A stretch of DNA of 63,980 nucleotides, the filler included, from Octopus bimaculoides (Eukaryota), in assembly GCF_001194135.2 (NCBI RefSeq). It is 3 parts of 3 records of this genome, joined end to end, with 100 filler letters (N's around TTAATTAATTAA, not from the genome) between each part and the next. Parts side by side here need not be neighbours in the genome. Positions count along the whole stretch, not along the records: positions 1 to 19,974 come from NC_069002.1; positions 20,075 to 47,803 come from NC_068997.1; 1 more part is not named here. One strand, 5' to 3'. The notes beneath the pieces were generated by a model. The model had not been told where the DNA came from. It saw only the letters and a list, made by a program, of their open reading frames with translations, and did not search any database. A program made the position numbers and the translations under genes. This document shows positions 13,655 to 26,203 of the stretch, piece by piece. How positions within the stretch are numbered: the first letter of the stretch is position 1; each line of letters begins with the position of its first letter.

Positions 13655-16411
13655 AAAAAGCAGACCATTTTAAATTTAATGTAATGCTCGCATTACTTAA
13701 ATAAATGGAGTAGCATGAAACGTGCGTACTGCAATAACCTTAAAAATCCGTGTTGCTTTTTTTGATTTTTGATCACCTTGTTTTTGGAATTGTTTGGATA
13801 ATACCATACTATAATTCTGGTGCCTAAACTTAAGTACTACATTCAATTTTGAATCTAAATTTATATATATATATATACACACAAGAATTACGGAATGGAG
13901 TAGGTAAGATCCGGGCCACAAATGTTTCATAGCGAGCGGAACCTCAGAAGTAGTAATAGTCCAAGCCGAAACGTTGTGTTAACAACAAACAAGATGAGGA
14001 CAAATATCCGTCAAATGTAAATAGCGTAAATAATCTAAATAATTCTTTATCTCTTAAATATAGAACTATAAGGATGTTCTGTCCCATTTTATGCAATTCT
14101 GCATTTATTAACGACGAAGTTTATTTTACTATAATCTTTATATTCTAAATTAATTGAAATAATGAAGGTGAATTTCGATCGAAGTGGAGGCGAATGGCTT
14201 AACGGTATGGCTTGATGGTAGGACTGCCGTTTCGATCCCTGAACCAGGTGACATACTGTGTTATTGCGCAAAACTCTTCATTTCACGTTGCTCGAGNNNN
14301 NNNNNNNNNNNNNNNNNNNNNNNNNNNNNNNNNNNNNNNNNNNNNNNNNNNNNNNNNNNNNNNNNNNNNNNNNNNNNNNNNNNNNNNNNNNNNNNNTATA
14401 TATATACATATATATATATATATAATATATATATATATATGTGTGTATATATATTTGTATATACATATATATGCATAAATACATACATATATACATGCGT
14501 GTGTATGTATATATTTACTGTATACACAAACGCATATAGAAGCACACGCACGTATATATAAATATGTATTTATTACGCGAATGTGTTTGTATGTATGTAG
14601 AAAACGACAATTACGACTAAAAATAGATAAATATATAAATAAAACAAATGAACAAATACGTTTATGTTAGATTTAAATCGATTTTTAGTCAAGTTTTACA
14701 TTTTATGTATGTTTAATTTTCAAAATTTTCAAATATTGTTGCAAACTACAAGCCAACATACTACACACTAAATAACCACAAGTATACAAAACTTAAAATT
14801 AAAACCCCCGCCAAAAAAAAAAAAAAAAAATTAAAAGACTAAATACTGAAAATAGAAATATCACAATTATTTACAGAACTTATTTTAAAAATTATATTAT
14901 TTTAAGACGCTTTTAAATTTAGTTTTTGTGTGTGGAATTTCATAAATTCATAGAATTGTACCACGAAGAATTTAATGTCANNNNNNNNNNNNNNNNNNNN
15001 NNNNNNNNNNNNNNNNNNNNNNNNNNNNNNNNNNNNNNNNNNNNNNNNNNNNNNNNNNNNNNNNNNNNNNNNNNNNNNNNNNNNNNNNNNNNNNNNNNNN
15101 NNNNNNNNNNNNNNNNNNNNNNNNNNNNNNNNNNNNNNNNNNNNNNNNNNNNNNNNNNNNNNNNNNNNNNNNNNNNNNNNNNNNNNNNNNNNNNNNNNNN
15201 NNNNNNNNNNNNNNNNNNNNNNNNNNNNNNNNNNNNNNNNNNNNNNNNNNNNNNNNNNNNNNNNNNNNNNNNNNNNNNNNNNNNNNNNNNNNNNNNNNNN
15301 NNNNNNNNNNNNNNNNNNNNNNNNNNNNNNNNNNNNNNNNNNNNNNNNNNNNNNNNNNNNNNNNNNNNNNNNNNNNNNNNNNNNNNNNNNNNNNNNNNNN
15401 NNNNNNNNNNNNNNNNNNNNNNNNNNNNNNNNNNNNNNNNNNNNNNNNNNNNNNNNNNNNNNNNNNNNNNNNNNNNNNNNNNNNNNNNNNNNNNNNNNNN
15501 NNNNNNNNNNNNNNNNNNNNNNNNNNNNNNNNNNNNNNNNNNNNNNNNNNNNNNNNNNNNNNNNNNNNNNNNNNNNNNNNNNNNNNNNNNNNNNNNNNNN
15601 NNNNNNNNNNNNNNNNNNNNNNNNNNNNNNNNNNNNNNNNNNNNNNNNNNNNNNNNNNNNNNNNNNNNNNNNNNNNNNNNNNNNNNNNNNNNNNNNNNNN
15701 NATATATATATATATATATATACATATAAATTTTCATGTATATTTTTATGTGCGTATGTAAGAACGGGTATAAATATATTTAAAGACTTTATATATAATA
15801 TTAAAAATAACTCTCAGTATGGAGACAGGTTGATTAATATCTCAGGAATATTAAAAATAAAAAATAATAATATAAAAAATAAAAAAAAGAAGAATGCAGC
15901 TGTGATACTCGCCGATGTTGTTGTGTATGAGATAATGTAGTGTTAGGTGCACGGCGTATAGGAAATAGGCGAGATGGTCACGGCTAGAATGTATTTAACC
16001 ATAATGTTTCCTCTGTCGGGGAAAAAAATTACGAAGTAGTAGATATATTATGTAATTGAAGTTGTTTTACATTCGTTAATGCAGTTATGAGTATACTATG
16101 AATGTGGGGGCATGGGGAAGCCGGTGGTTAGGACGTTGTACTCACGATCGTGAGATGGTGGGTTCAATTTCTAGATTGGGTGGTGCGTTGTGTTCTTGAG
16201 GAAAAACACTATATTTCATGTTGTTCGGCGATCACATTGACACCTGACATGTGGTAAACAATTCACCTGTTCAGACAACGTCAATTTGATGGAGGAGGGA
16301 GTGAGCCAATGCGCGGCACGAACATTCGGTCACTGGAAAGAAATAAGTTGTGTCGATCGTTCCGCAAGCTAAATACTCGTACGTTATCTTCGACCGGAGA
16401 GTCCATCAGAC

Positions 16412-16443
<32 letters not shown>

Positions 16444-16847
16444 NNNNNNNNNNNNNNNNNNNNNNNNNNNNNNNNNNNNNNNNNNNNNNNNNNNNNNNNN
16501 NNNNNNNNNNNNNNNNNNNNNNNNNNNNNNNNNNNNNNNNNNNNNNNNNNNNNNNNNNNNNNNNNNNNNNNNNNNNNNNNNNNNNNNNNNNNNNNNNNNN
16601 NNNNNNNNNNNNNNNNNNNNNNNNNNNNNNNNNNNNNNNNNNNNNNNNNNNNNNNNNNNNNNNNNNNNNNNNNNNNNNNNNNNNNNNNNNNNNNNNNNNN
16701 NNNNNNNNNNNNNNNNNNNNNNNNNNNNNNNNNNNNNNNNNNNNNNNNNNNNNNNNNNNNNNNNNNNNNNNNNNNNNNNNNNNNNNNNNNNNNNNNNNNN
16801 NNNNNNNNNNNNNNNNNNNNNNNNNNNNNNNNNNNNNNNNNNNNNNN

Positions 16848-16882
<35 letters not shown>

Positions 16883-16918
16883 TATATGTATATATATATA
16901 CGGCAAGAAGAAAATAGA

Positions 16919-17600
16919 GGGGATCCAGAGATAGTATGGCACAAATATAAGAATGATTTATCAGAAGACTACAAAATATCAAGCACAATTAAGATTCCCT
17001 GAGAGGGAAATAGCATTTAACGATGACATATATTGCATTGGTTGATATTGAAGATCGCGATATCTTAATGGGAGGGGAGGAGCTCAGCAAGTTTGGCTTA
17101 CCTGAAACTCATCGAAATGAGGTGAATAATTTGATCACAGAAGTTTTGCAAAAAACTTCATATGATATTGATTCATTAATAAGATTCCTTGAAGAAAATG
17201 TTCCGAAACTTTTGCCAGGCAGATAATTTGTATATGCAACAATCATTGACCAAGTGACACATAAGAGACGAGAATTATATTTCTAAGACGCACCAGGAGG
17301 AACTGGAAAAACTTTTGTTACAAATCTTAGTGCTAACGAAAGTTCAGCAGAAAAAGGAAATGGCCTTAGCTGTAGCGAGCTCTTTAGTTGCGACTTTGCT
17401 CCCAGGAGGTCGAACTGCTCATGCAGCGTTCAAGCTGCCATTTAATCTAACTTCAAATAATGAACCTGTCTGCAATATTAGCAAAAGTTCTTCTTTAGTT
17501 CAAGTTCTCATGAAATGTTCTTTGATCAAATGGGACGAAGCTACAATGTCCCATAAAAATTCCGTAGAAGCTGTTAAACAGAATGCTGCAGGATTTGCGC
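16919..17600 (+). pseudogene. Helitron Rep/Helicase fragment (PIF1-like helicase N-terminal motifs)
   Basis: W-x-KY-x-DLSED, FGLP, DAPGGTGKTF (Walker A), ATLLPGGRTAH, WDEATM; contains stops and frameshifts. Confidence 0.85.
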
Positions 17601-17637
17601 AATTGCAACTGTTTGATGCGAGGTGCGACAGAATTAT

Positions 17638-17820
17638 TGGCGGAATTGGTACAGCGTCGGAAAAATGGCTTTTGCGGTATTTATTTTTTCTGACACTTTA
17701 CGTTATGAGTTCAAATCTCAGCGGAGTCAACTTTGCTTTTTTCCTCCTTCCGGAGCCAACAAAAATAAACAATCAAACCAAGTACTAAGGGTGATGCTAT
17801 CGACTAATCACCTCACCTCC
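17638..17820 (+). mobile_element. SINE family B, degenerate
   Basis: ctttacgttatgagttcaaatctcagcggagtcaactttgc matches 7610-7650. Confidence 0.6.
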
Positions 17821-18535
17821 TCCTCACCCCTTCTCCCAAATTTACTGGCCTTGTGCCTAAGTCAAAAACCATTATTACTTCTGTTCTTTACATATATATA
17901 TATATATATATATACATAAACCTTTCAGACACGCTGCACGAATAAGTTGGTCTACGTTTTATTATGTTTGTTGTTTTATTTTATTTTCTATTTTATTTTT
18001 TTCTTGTTTGTTATTTTCATTTTTATTTTACCTTATTTTATTTATGATTTATTCAATTTTTTGGTTCCGTTTTCTGTGATACTTCTGATATACTCCCGTG
18101 TATCTTTTGGAAGTCTATCAATCAATCAATCGATAATTCATTGAACGACTTATCGATTCAATATTTTTCATTATTTTCTTTCTTCCTTTCTTCTTTTCCT
18201 CCTTCTCCTCTTTCTTTCTTTGTATGTCTGTCCATCTTCCAGTATATATTAATATATCTACCTATATATGTGTATATATACATTCACGTATGCATATATA
18301 AGTCTATATATATATAGACATATATATGTGTATGTATATATCGTTATACACGCGCATACACATACACAAGAATGTATATATGAATGTCTATACATTTATG
18401 TATGTATGTATTTACTTATGTGTGTGTGCGTATATGCATACGTAATAAATACAGGCAGAGAATAAAATATATATTTCCATTTATATATAAATAAATATAT
18501 TTATATGTAAACACACAGACACGCATCCTGCACAC

Positions 18536-18614
<79 letters not shown>

Positions 18615-18683
18615 CATATATACATATATATGTGTGTGCGTGTGTATGCATACATATATATATATGTGTGTGTATATATATGC

Positions 18684-18749
<66 letters not shown>

Positions 18750-19620
18750 GTAAATGCATAACTTGAACACTAACAAAGCGTGCGTATGAATAAATGTTTA
18801 TAGAGAAGAAACATACCATATCTTTGATAAAGATATATTTAAACTAAACTATCTGTGGAAACAGAGACATGTAGAAACCTCAGGGATACCAGCAGCTTGG
18901 AATGAGAATCGGAGCGACTAGTTTCAGTTTTCATTTACGACTCATAGGGGAACGTTTATTTTGGCGTTTTATGGGGCTATTCACAGTGAGATAAAATATG
19001 TTTGCTAAACATATTGTACATGACTGTAGTAGTTATATGTATGTGTGTGTTTATGTGGTGTGTACATTAGCGCCAAGTAGGTTTTAGGCATAAGCAAAGT
19101 TTAGGTTAGTTAAAATATGTTTGTGACATATTTCACCTGCTAAAAGGCAAATTCTCTGCAGTTGCCGTGGAGAATATATTTCTTTTATGATAAAAAGGTG
19201 TGAAAACACTCTATTTGTTCAGTGTTGCCATCTATGAGGATTCCCAGACATTGATGTTTCAAGCTAGTTGGCTCGTATCAATGGGAAGTACCTAAAAGAG
19301 GCAACTCTGAACAAATCTTATAAAGCAATGGCTTTATGTAAAATACACTCAACAACATTGAGTGATTTGTAAAGATAAAGTAAAAGTTATATATACACAT
19401 GTGTGTGTGTGTGTATATACACATACATACAAACATACATACATATATATATGTATGTGTGTGTGTTTGTATGTATGTATGTATACACACACACACACAC
19501 AAACGAGGGGTGTTCATTAAAGATTTTCTCTGACCCACTTCCGGTTATTGCTGGAAATGGAACTTGTACAGGTATAATCATACATACATATAGTAAATAA
19601 AAAAAAAACAGACACAAAAA

Positions 19621-19778
19621 ACAACAACGCGAGGACGTGGTGCATGTAATGTATTATCAGACGCTCAGGAAAGGAAAGAAAGATGGTTTAACGTTTCGAG
19701 CAGACGCTCTTCTTTGGAAACAGAGGAAAATCCAATAGAAGGGAAGACAGAGGAAGAAAATCACCAACGATTCACACA
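19621..19778 (-). mobile_element. Second copy of the PLE-like terminal repeat; hammerhead core mutated
   Basis: Aligns to 12-170; core reads CCAAAGA instead of CUGAAGA. Confidence 0.55.
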
Positions 19779-19974
19779 CATACAGAGAAAAACCAAAGAA
19801 ACTATGTTAATCCTTTCCCTGTCCTGTGTATCACGTGATAAACAGGACATCCCTAATTGTTTCAACAGCGTGGGACTTATGAAAAGAAAGCTTTGTGTTA
19901 CTCAGGACGCATGAAGCAAGGACTCACTAAAAGTCTGAAAACAAGCAAGGAAGTTTAGGACAAAATTATGAAAA

Positions 19975-20074
19975 NNNNNNNNNNNNNNNNNNNNNNNNNN
20001 NNNNNNNNNNNNNNNNNNTTAATTAATTAANNNNNNNNNNNNNNNNNNNNNNNNNNNNNNNNNNNNNNNNNNNN
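19975..20074. other. Artificial scaffold linker: 44 N + TTAATTAATTAA + 44 N
   Basis: Exactly 100 bp; palindromic 12-mer with stops in all six frames; identical construct at 47804. Confidence 0.95.
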
Positions 20075-20220
20075 ACTTCATTTCACGTTGCTCCAGTCCA
20101 CTCAGCTGGCAAAAATGAGTAACGCTGCGATGGACTGGTGTCCCGTCCAGTTGGGGAACACATACGCCATTGAAACTGGGAAACCGGGCCCATGAGCTTG
20201 GCTAAGCTTTAAAAGGGCGC
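20075..20220 (+). mobile_element. 3' part of another SINE
   Basis: ttcatttcacgttgctccagtccactcagctggc is shared with 14275-14296 and, reversed, about 53720-53750. Confidence 0.55.
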
Positions 20221-20242
20221 ATTTATATATATATATGTATAT

Positions 20243-20907
20243 CGTGAAGTATATTTGCCACTTAAATGCGGCTAACCACTAAGGGTGAATGCTACTGTAG
20301 CTTGTAGCCCCAGGAGAACACCTTCTACAGCTGGCTATTGACACACTTTCTGTGCTCTATCAGTATTTGCAAAGGGAAGTCATCCTTCCCATCGTCGACC
20401 TGACGTGATACGCACTGACCCGAGTTTCTAGGTATTTACCCTTCGTCAGCGCACGACAATCACCGGTCTTCGATGAGAAGGGGTCCGAATGCAAATACAT
20501 ATATATCCTTTTTCCAGTGGCGAAAAGTCACTGATCTCGAAAAAGTGTAGACAAGTAATAATAAATCTCTGAACGAGGTATAAACAGTAGCTGCACGACA
20601 ACGTATTTGTATCGGGACTCCTTCACATCGAAGATCGGTGATTGTCGTACGCTGACGAAGGGTGAATACCCAGAATATTGGGTCTGTGCGTATCACGTCA
20701 GGTCGACGATGGGAAGGATGACTTCCCTTTGCAAATACTGATAGAGCACAGAAAGTGTGTCAATAGCCAGCTGGAGAAGGTGTTCTCCTGGGGCTACAAG
20801 CTACAGTAGGATTCACCCTTAGTGGTTAGCCGCATTTAAGTGGCAAATATACTTCACGTAGTCGTGCAGTTACTGTTTATACCTCGTTCAGAGATTTATT
20901 ATTGCTT
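20243..20907. mobile_element. Inverted pair of 256-bp arms plus inverted ~48-bp segment; PLE pseudo-LTR-like
   Basis: 20243-20498 is the reverse complement of 20603-20858; 20553-20600 of 20859-20907. Each arm carries a CTGACGA-hairpin-GAA motif. Confidence 0.55.
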
Positions 20908-21009
20908 ATATATATATATATATATAAGTAAAGCCGTAAGGAACCGCAAGAGTGAAGATATATATGAAAGAAGGTTTGAAAATGCAAATGTCTTTAGAGA
21001 TGTTTATTA

Positions 21010-21051
21010 ACTTGACCGGTTTCACTTTTTTAGGAAAAGATTATCAAAAGT
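21010..21051 (-). ncRNA. Minimal hammerhead-like motif, U3/A8 variant
   Basis: ACUU UUGAUAA U CUUUU CCUAA AAAAG U GAA A CCGG U C^AAGU. Confidence 0.45.
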
Positions 21052-21240
21052 AAAAGGTAAAGCTTTGTTGTGTTAAAAAATGGTTAGCACAAAACTATTA
21101 AAATACAGTTATACAGTCTTTGATCATGATAAGAAAATGTTAAAANNNNNNNNNNAGAAGGAGATATATTTAAGAATATACAAAAAATTGGTGAGGAATA
21201 ACTATTAATAAAATAGGAGATGGAATGTGGAATAGATTTT

Positions 21241-21293
21241 ATTGAGTACAACACATGTTTCGACCCGTTCTGGGTCTCTTCAAGTACATCAAT
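21241..21293 (-). ncRNA. Minimal hammerhead-like motif
   Basis: AUUGA U GUAC UUGAAGA GACCC AGAAC GGGUC GAA AC AUGU GU U^GUAC UCAAU. Confidence 0.5.
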
Positions 21294-21455
21294 AAAAAGT
21301 CTCACTTGAGATTTTTTGAGTCAGCTTACGTACCGCTATATGTCCAACAAACTCGGCAATGAGTAAAATCGGAGAAAAATTGTGCCGGTGCTTGACTCAT
21401 CATCCATTTATACATTTTGTACAATTTCTCCATTATATATATGTATGTATGTATA

Positions 21456-21800
21456 CAGGGTGTCCACATCTATAAACAAGACAGTCTTCAAGCTTGATCT
21501 TTATTAAATACTTTTCATGTTCGTCTTATTAGCCTTTTTATGTTTGGACCAATCATATTTTTCAATCCATTCACATTTCGAGACCATCCCGGCTTCATTT
21601 CCGAATGAAATGATTGTAAAGGCATGTTCTTGGTACGTTTCGCAGTAGATAACATGGAATCATGAGAACAATGTTGGCACTGACAAAAATCAACGTCTAT
21701 TTGAAATTGCCTTTAACAACCAACTCCTGATTATTTCTTTCATGCATTATTTCACGTTTGCAGTATGTGTGTTGATTTTTGGTTTGTATTTTGCTATTAA
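21456..21800. mobile_element. Possible Tc1/mariner end
   Basis: TA followed by CAGGGTG, a typical TIR start; internal sequence not clearly translatable. Confidence 0.3.
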
Positions 21801-22199
21801 CAATGTAATTTATTTACATTATCGTTATCCGTAGAGAAAATTAAAGATTTTTTTTTTACGATTATTTGAAATGAAGAAAGGGATATAATATATCATTATT
21901 CAAAGCTTTCAGTTTTGAATACTCACCTACATGTTTTTTTCCCTGGTGTTTCAGTAGAAAAATCAAATACAAATAGCTCTCCATTATGCTATAAGTGAAC
22001 AAACTAGGAGAAAACAATTTTCTTTTTCATTGTTAATGAAAGGTGACGTATCGTTACCTCTGTGAATAAAAACTTTAAATAATGTTTAGCGATGGGTTTA
22101 CTCTGTAGCTAAAAAGTATGAGTATGAATTTACCAATGCATTGGTTTGCAATGTAATTGGCTAAAGATATAATTACATTCAGACGAAATTATCAAGCAA

Positions 22200-23034
22200 T
22201 GTCATTCACCGTTATGTAATTACTCGTTATGAATCTACCAATCACACACAAATTCCTTTTGCTAGCTTTGTTCACCCAAGCCTCATTAAAGTTTTCAGTT
22301 TCCATAGAGTTCTGCAAATGTTTCCTAGGTAACAAGGAGTTGATCGTTTTCAAGACGTACTCTCAAGTATCTTAGTATCGTAGGTGCAGAGACCCTTGCA
22401 CCACAAATTCAGATACCAGTCTCTCGCCCATCCCCGTATAGCAGGTCTTTTACAATACAACCATCATCCATGTGTCGATATGTCCAAGTCGGTAATTGTA
22501 CAGGAAAGTGAATATAGAAGCGTTATATGTTCTGTTAAGTAGGTGTTATAGAGGGTGTCCTGCCTTTTGATCCCAAGTATTCAGCATGACATTTCATATG
22601 AAACACTTGAAATGTGCGTTCTTCTGAAGAGTATGGTGCCCCCGACCCCCTATCATGCAAGAAGTGTGGTGAGAATACAAGCCTTGTACACCTCGATAGG
22701 TATTTATTCTAGTAGATGATCTGAGCATCTTATTCTCCCATATCTTCCACAATCTTAAGAATGTAGTAGCTACTTGCCAATGGGTTATCTCCTCAAACCC
22801 CGCAGGCATCTTATAAAAGATTACGGACAAAAACTTAGGAGTTTAATCCCTATTTGTTTTCACAACCAGTTTCCAGAGGACCCAAGTAATGGAAGAAAGA
22901 ACTCCAGTCTCTCCTCACTAAGCTCAGCGGTATAGAACTAGACATGATATATAAGTTTCAATGTTTTTGCTTCACTGTTAATCAACCTCATCCAAGATTC
23001 AAACTTAAGAACCCATTGGCAAGTAGCTACTACA
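22200..23034 (-). mobile_element. Degenerate RTE-clade LINE 3' fragment with inverted 5' segment
   Basis: Minus 22786 to 22200: FHMKC..ILGIK(R/W)QD, HMDDGCIVKDLLYG. Plus 22787-23034: LDMIYKFQCFCFTVN..NLIQDSNLRTHWQVATT. Exact 25-bp inverted duplication. Confidence 0.65.
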
Positions 23035-23049
23035 CAGTGTGTGTGTGTG

Positions 23050-24540
23050 ATTATTTATAAACAAATATAAGTGTGTACCAACACCAGACTCCTCCGTCCC
23101 GTTGCATCACACACCAAGAAATGATAACTCAAGTAAAAGCCGCATCCTCCCAACCAAGATTCATAAGCGAGGCATGCAATTTTAAAAAATTTGTTGCACA
23201 AAATGCACGAAGGGTCACTTGTTCAAATCTCACCGCCAACAGAAACATATGAACCTGATAAAAACGACATTAAGAGAAAAGACTGTAATTCGCTTTTCAG
23301 GTCTCACAAATAAAACCGAAAAGTCACAGATGAACACGGGTGGAATATGTTTCTATTCCACATGTATATTTAACAGCAATACTCAACCAGAAAAACGAAG
23401 CTACAATATATTTGTATAAAACCTGGATTGAAAAGAGACCAGATTTAGCTATATCGTTAGATGCATCCTGAAAACAGCAAAAAAACTATCAGCAATTAAA
23501 ATAGAACATTTAGAATAAAGACTACATTGAAAAACACAAGTAACGGTCACAAAATACTTAACAATAAAAACAATGAAAAAGTAAATCATAACGATATAAC
23601 TGAAACATGCAAGATAAACAAAATAAATAGCAAAACATCAAAAATCCGAAACCTAGAACTACATAATACTGACCAACAAAAAAACGAACCAGAACAGCAC
23701 AAAACATATATAAATAAAAGGAAATAGGATTTTTATAAATAAAACTCAAGATGAAAATTATGACTCTGACACTCTAAAGTTGGATATAATTCAAGTATTA
23801 AAAGCAATAAATCTTCCTATGAATCAACGAAAGCACCCCACGAGGATAAAACTGAATTTTAAAATAACAATAACAATAAAAAACACGAATTTGTTTATCA
23901 CAGACTTAATCAAAACTTAATTGAAACAGATACAAACATTAGGACTTAATTAAAACAAATGCAAACGTTAACATCTGCATTATCAAGTTAATTGACGTAA
24001 TATATGCAGCAGCCCATGTTGTGAGTAAGGAAAGTATTACTCCCCCTGATTCACTCAAATACGAGTTTTAAAACACAAAGAACAACGAAAACAACAAGAA
24101 CGAGAGAGACAACAACACTGACAACCAGAACAATTACAACAAAAACAGCTGCAGCAACAGCATCATCTAGAACAGTGATTTGTCAACATAGAAGTTCACA
24201 GGGAAGAGCCCGTTAACACTACTGCCGCCGCTATAACAACTAACTACGGCAGCAGAAACAAAACCACTTGAATAATAAGCAATAACGGCAGCAACGACGA
24301 CAAAGTATCAAGTGCAACAGCAACAGCAACAGCAGCAAAAGCAACAATGACAGCAACAACAAAAGCAATGGCATCGGCTGGGCACAAAATATTAGCAATA
24401 ACAACAATTACAAGCTTTCCTACGCTGGATCAGTCCTCACGTGAGAATTATACAGTAAGTCCAAAGACAATAAACGAGAGAAATTACAAGACGCCGCGTG
24501 ATTTACGAAAATTGAAAAGAAACAGATAGAGCTCAAGACC
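23050..24540 (+). mobile_element. Highly degenerate R4/Dong-like non-LTR N-terminal region (possible C-terminal remnant near 26560-27100)
   Basis: YKTWIEKRPDL, VRCILKTAKKLSAIKIEHL and DVIYAAAHVV resemble R4-clade motifs from memory; many stops. Confidence 0.4.
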
Positions 24541-24805
24541 CCTCTTGAAACTCTAGTTGCAACCGTTAGAAAGACCACTATATATCGGATGAGGCACAAT
24601 GGCCCAGTGGTTAGGGCATTTTGTCCGGCGTGCTAACGATTCTGCGGCCTTCTAATGGTACTTATATTGATAATTAACTGGAATATTGAATGTTTATACA
24701 TCATCGGTTGTAATTCCATTCACATCTCGGGTTGTGTAAGAGGAATATTATTCAAAATACTGTACTTGATAGATATTTTATTTTATCGACACCATAAATA
24801 TGGAA

Positions 24806-25190
24806 GGTGGAGGCGCAATGGCCAAGTGGTTAGGGCAGCAGACTCGCGGTCATAGGATCACGGTTTCGATTCCCAGATCGGGCGTTGTGAGTGTTTATTG
24901 AGCGAAAACACCTAAAGCTCCACGAGGCTCCGGCAGGGGATTATGGCGAGCCCTGCTGTACTCTTTCACCACAACTTTCTCTCACTCTTACTTCCTGTTT
25001 CTGTTGTGCCTGTAATTCAAAGGGTCAGCCTTGTCACACTGTGTCACGCTGAATATCCCCGAGAATTACGTTAAGGGTACACGTGTCTGTGGAGTGCTCA
25101 GACACTTGCACGTTAATTTCACGAGCAGGTTGTTCCGTTGATCGGATCAACTGGAATCCTCGACGCCGTAAGCGACGGAGTGCAAACAAC
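24806..25190 (+). mobile_element. SINE family C, full length, tRNA-derived head
   Basis: A box TGGCCAAGTGG and B box GGTTTCGATTCCC; degenerate relatives at about 14185 and 16110. Confidence 0.75.
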
Positions 25191-25817
25191 AGTCGGATGA
25201 GTGAGTTTAACAACTCATCAAAAGGAGACGGCTACAAACGCACAAGTAGAACGGTCTTTTCTCGATGTATAGCAGGACATCGAACATATATCTAGGGCAA
25301 AGCAGTTCGATGGATTGAAGGTCTATTTAAGACTGAGGCCCTTGCAGTGCAACATTCAGTGGTCGTCTGCTGCAGTGAAAGACTTCACTTTCATCCACAC
25401 CTATTCGGGGAAAAGGGTGGTAAAGACAACAATAGTAAGGGTCCCACCAGTGCTAGATCTCTGGTTTATCTTGGAATGTATTGTATTGGAGATCAAAAAT
25501 TGAGTGGATGTGAAGAGAACGAGATGAGAGAAATCAGTTCGGATCACACTGGAGTTCTTTCTCTTTGTGAAGCCAGAGCATCTGGAAAGGATTCCAGATT
25601 TCATCTCACTGCTGATTTGGGCTGAGGGGGGCAGATAACCTAGATGCCACATCTATGGCACTTTGGTCGTCTGCCCATTTAGCCAAAATAGGAAAAGAGA
25701 AAAGAAGGCCCCCACTGCTTCCGATACCATCACTGCAGCAACAAAAGTGTGCAGCAGCAACAATGTACAATAACAATAGAAGCCAGGAAAAAGAGCTGCA
25801 AAAACAGTATCTAGACC

Positions 25818-25972
25818 AGGCTGTGTGGTAAGTAGCTTGCTTACCAACCATATGGTTCCGGGTTCAGTCCCACTGCGTGGCACCTTGGGCAAGTGTCTTC
25901 TACTATAGCCTCGGGCCGATCAAAGCCTTGTGAGTGGATTTGGTAGACGGAAACTGAAAGAAGCCCGTCGTA

Positions 25973-25975
<3 letters not shown>
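25818..25975 (+). mobile_element. SINE family A, 5' half, CpG-intact
   Basis: Homologous to 600-755; runs into (TA)(TG)(GACA)(GATA) repeats. Confidence 0.85.
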
Positions 25976-26061
<86 letters not shown>

Positions 26062-26095
26062 ATGTGTGTGTATATGTTTGTGTGTCTGTGTTTGT

Positions 26096-26152
<57 letters not shown>

Positions 26153-26153
26153 T

Positions 26154-26203
<50 letters not shown>

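Noticed and set aside
13940-13980. gccgaaacgttg PLE-end-like motif (also near 36585-36618)
   Set aside because: Core too degraded to call.
20019-20030. TTAATTAATTAA palindrome as a biological site (also at 47848-47859)
   Set aside because: Centred in identical 44-N flanks; this is an assembly linker.
25270-25630. Open frames in non-repetitive DNA
   Set aside because: No recognisable motif or splice structure; probably an old repeat.
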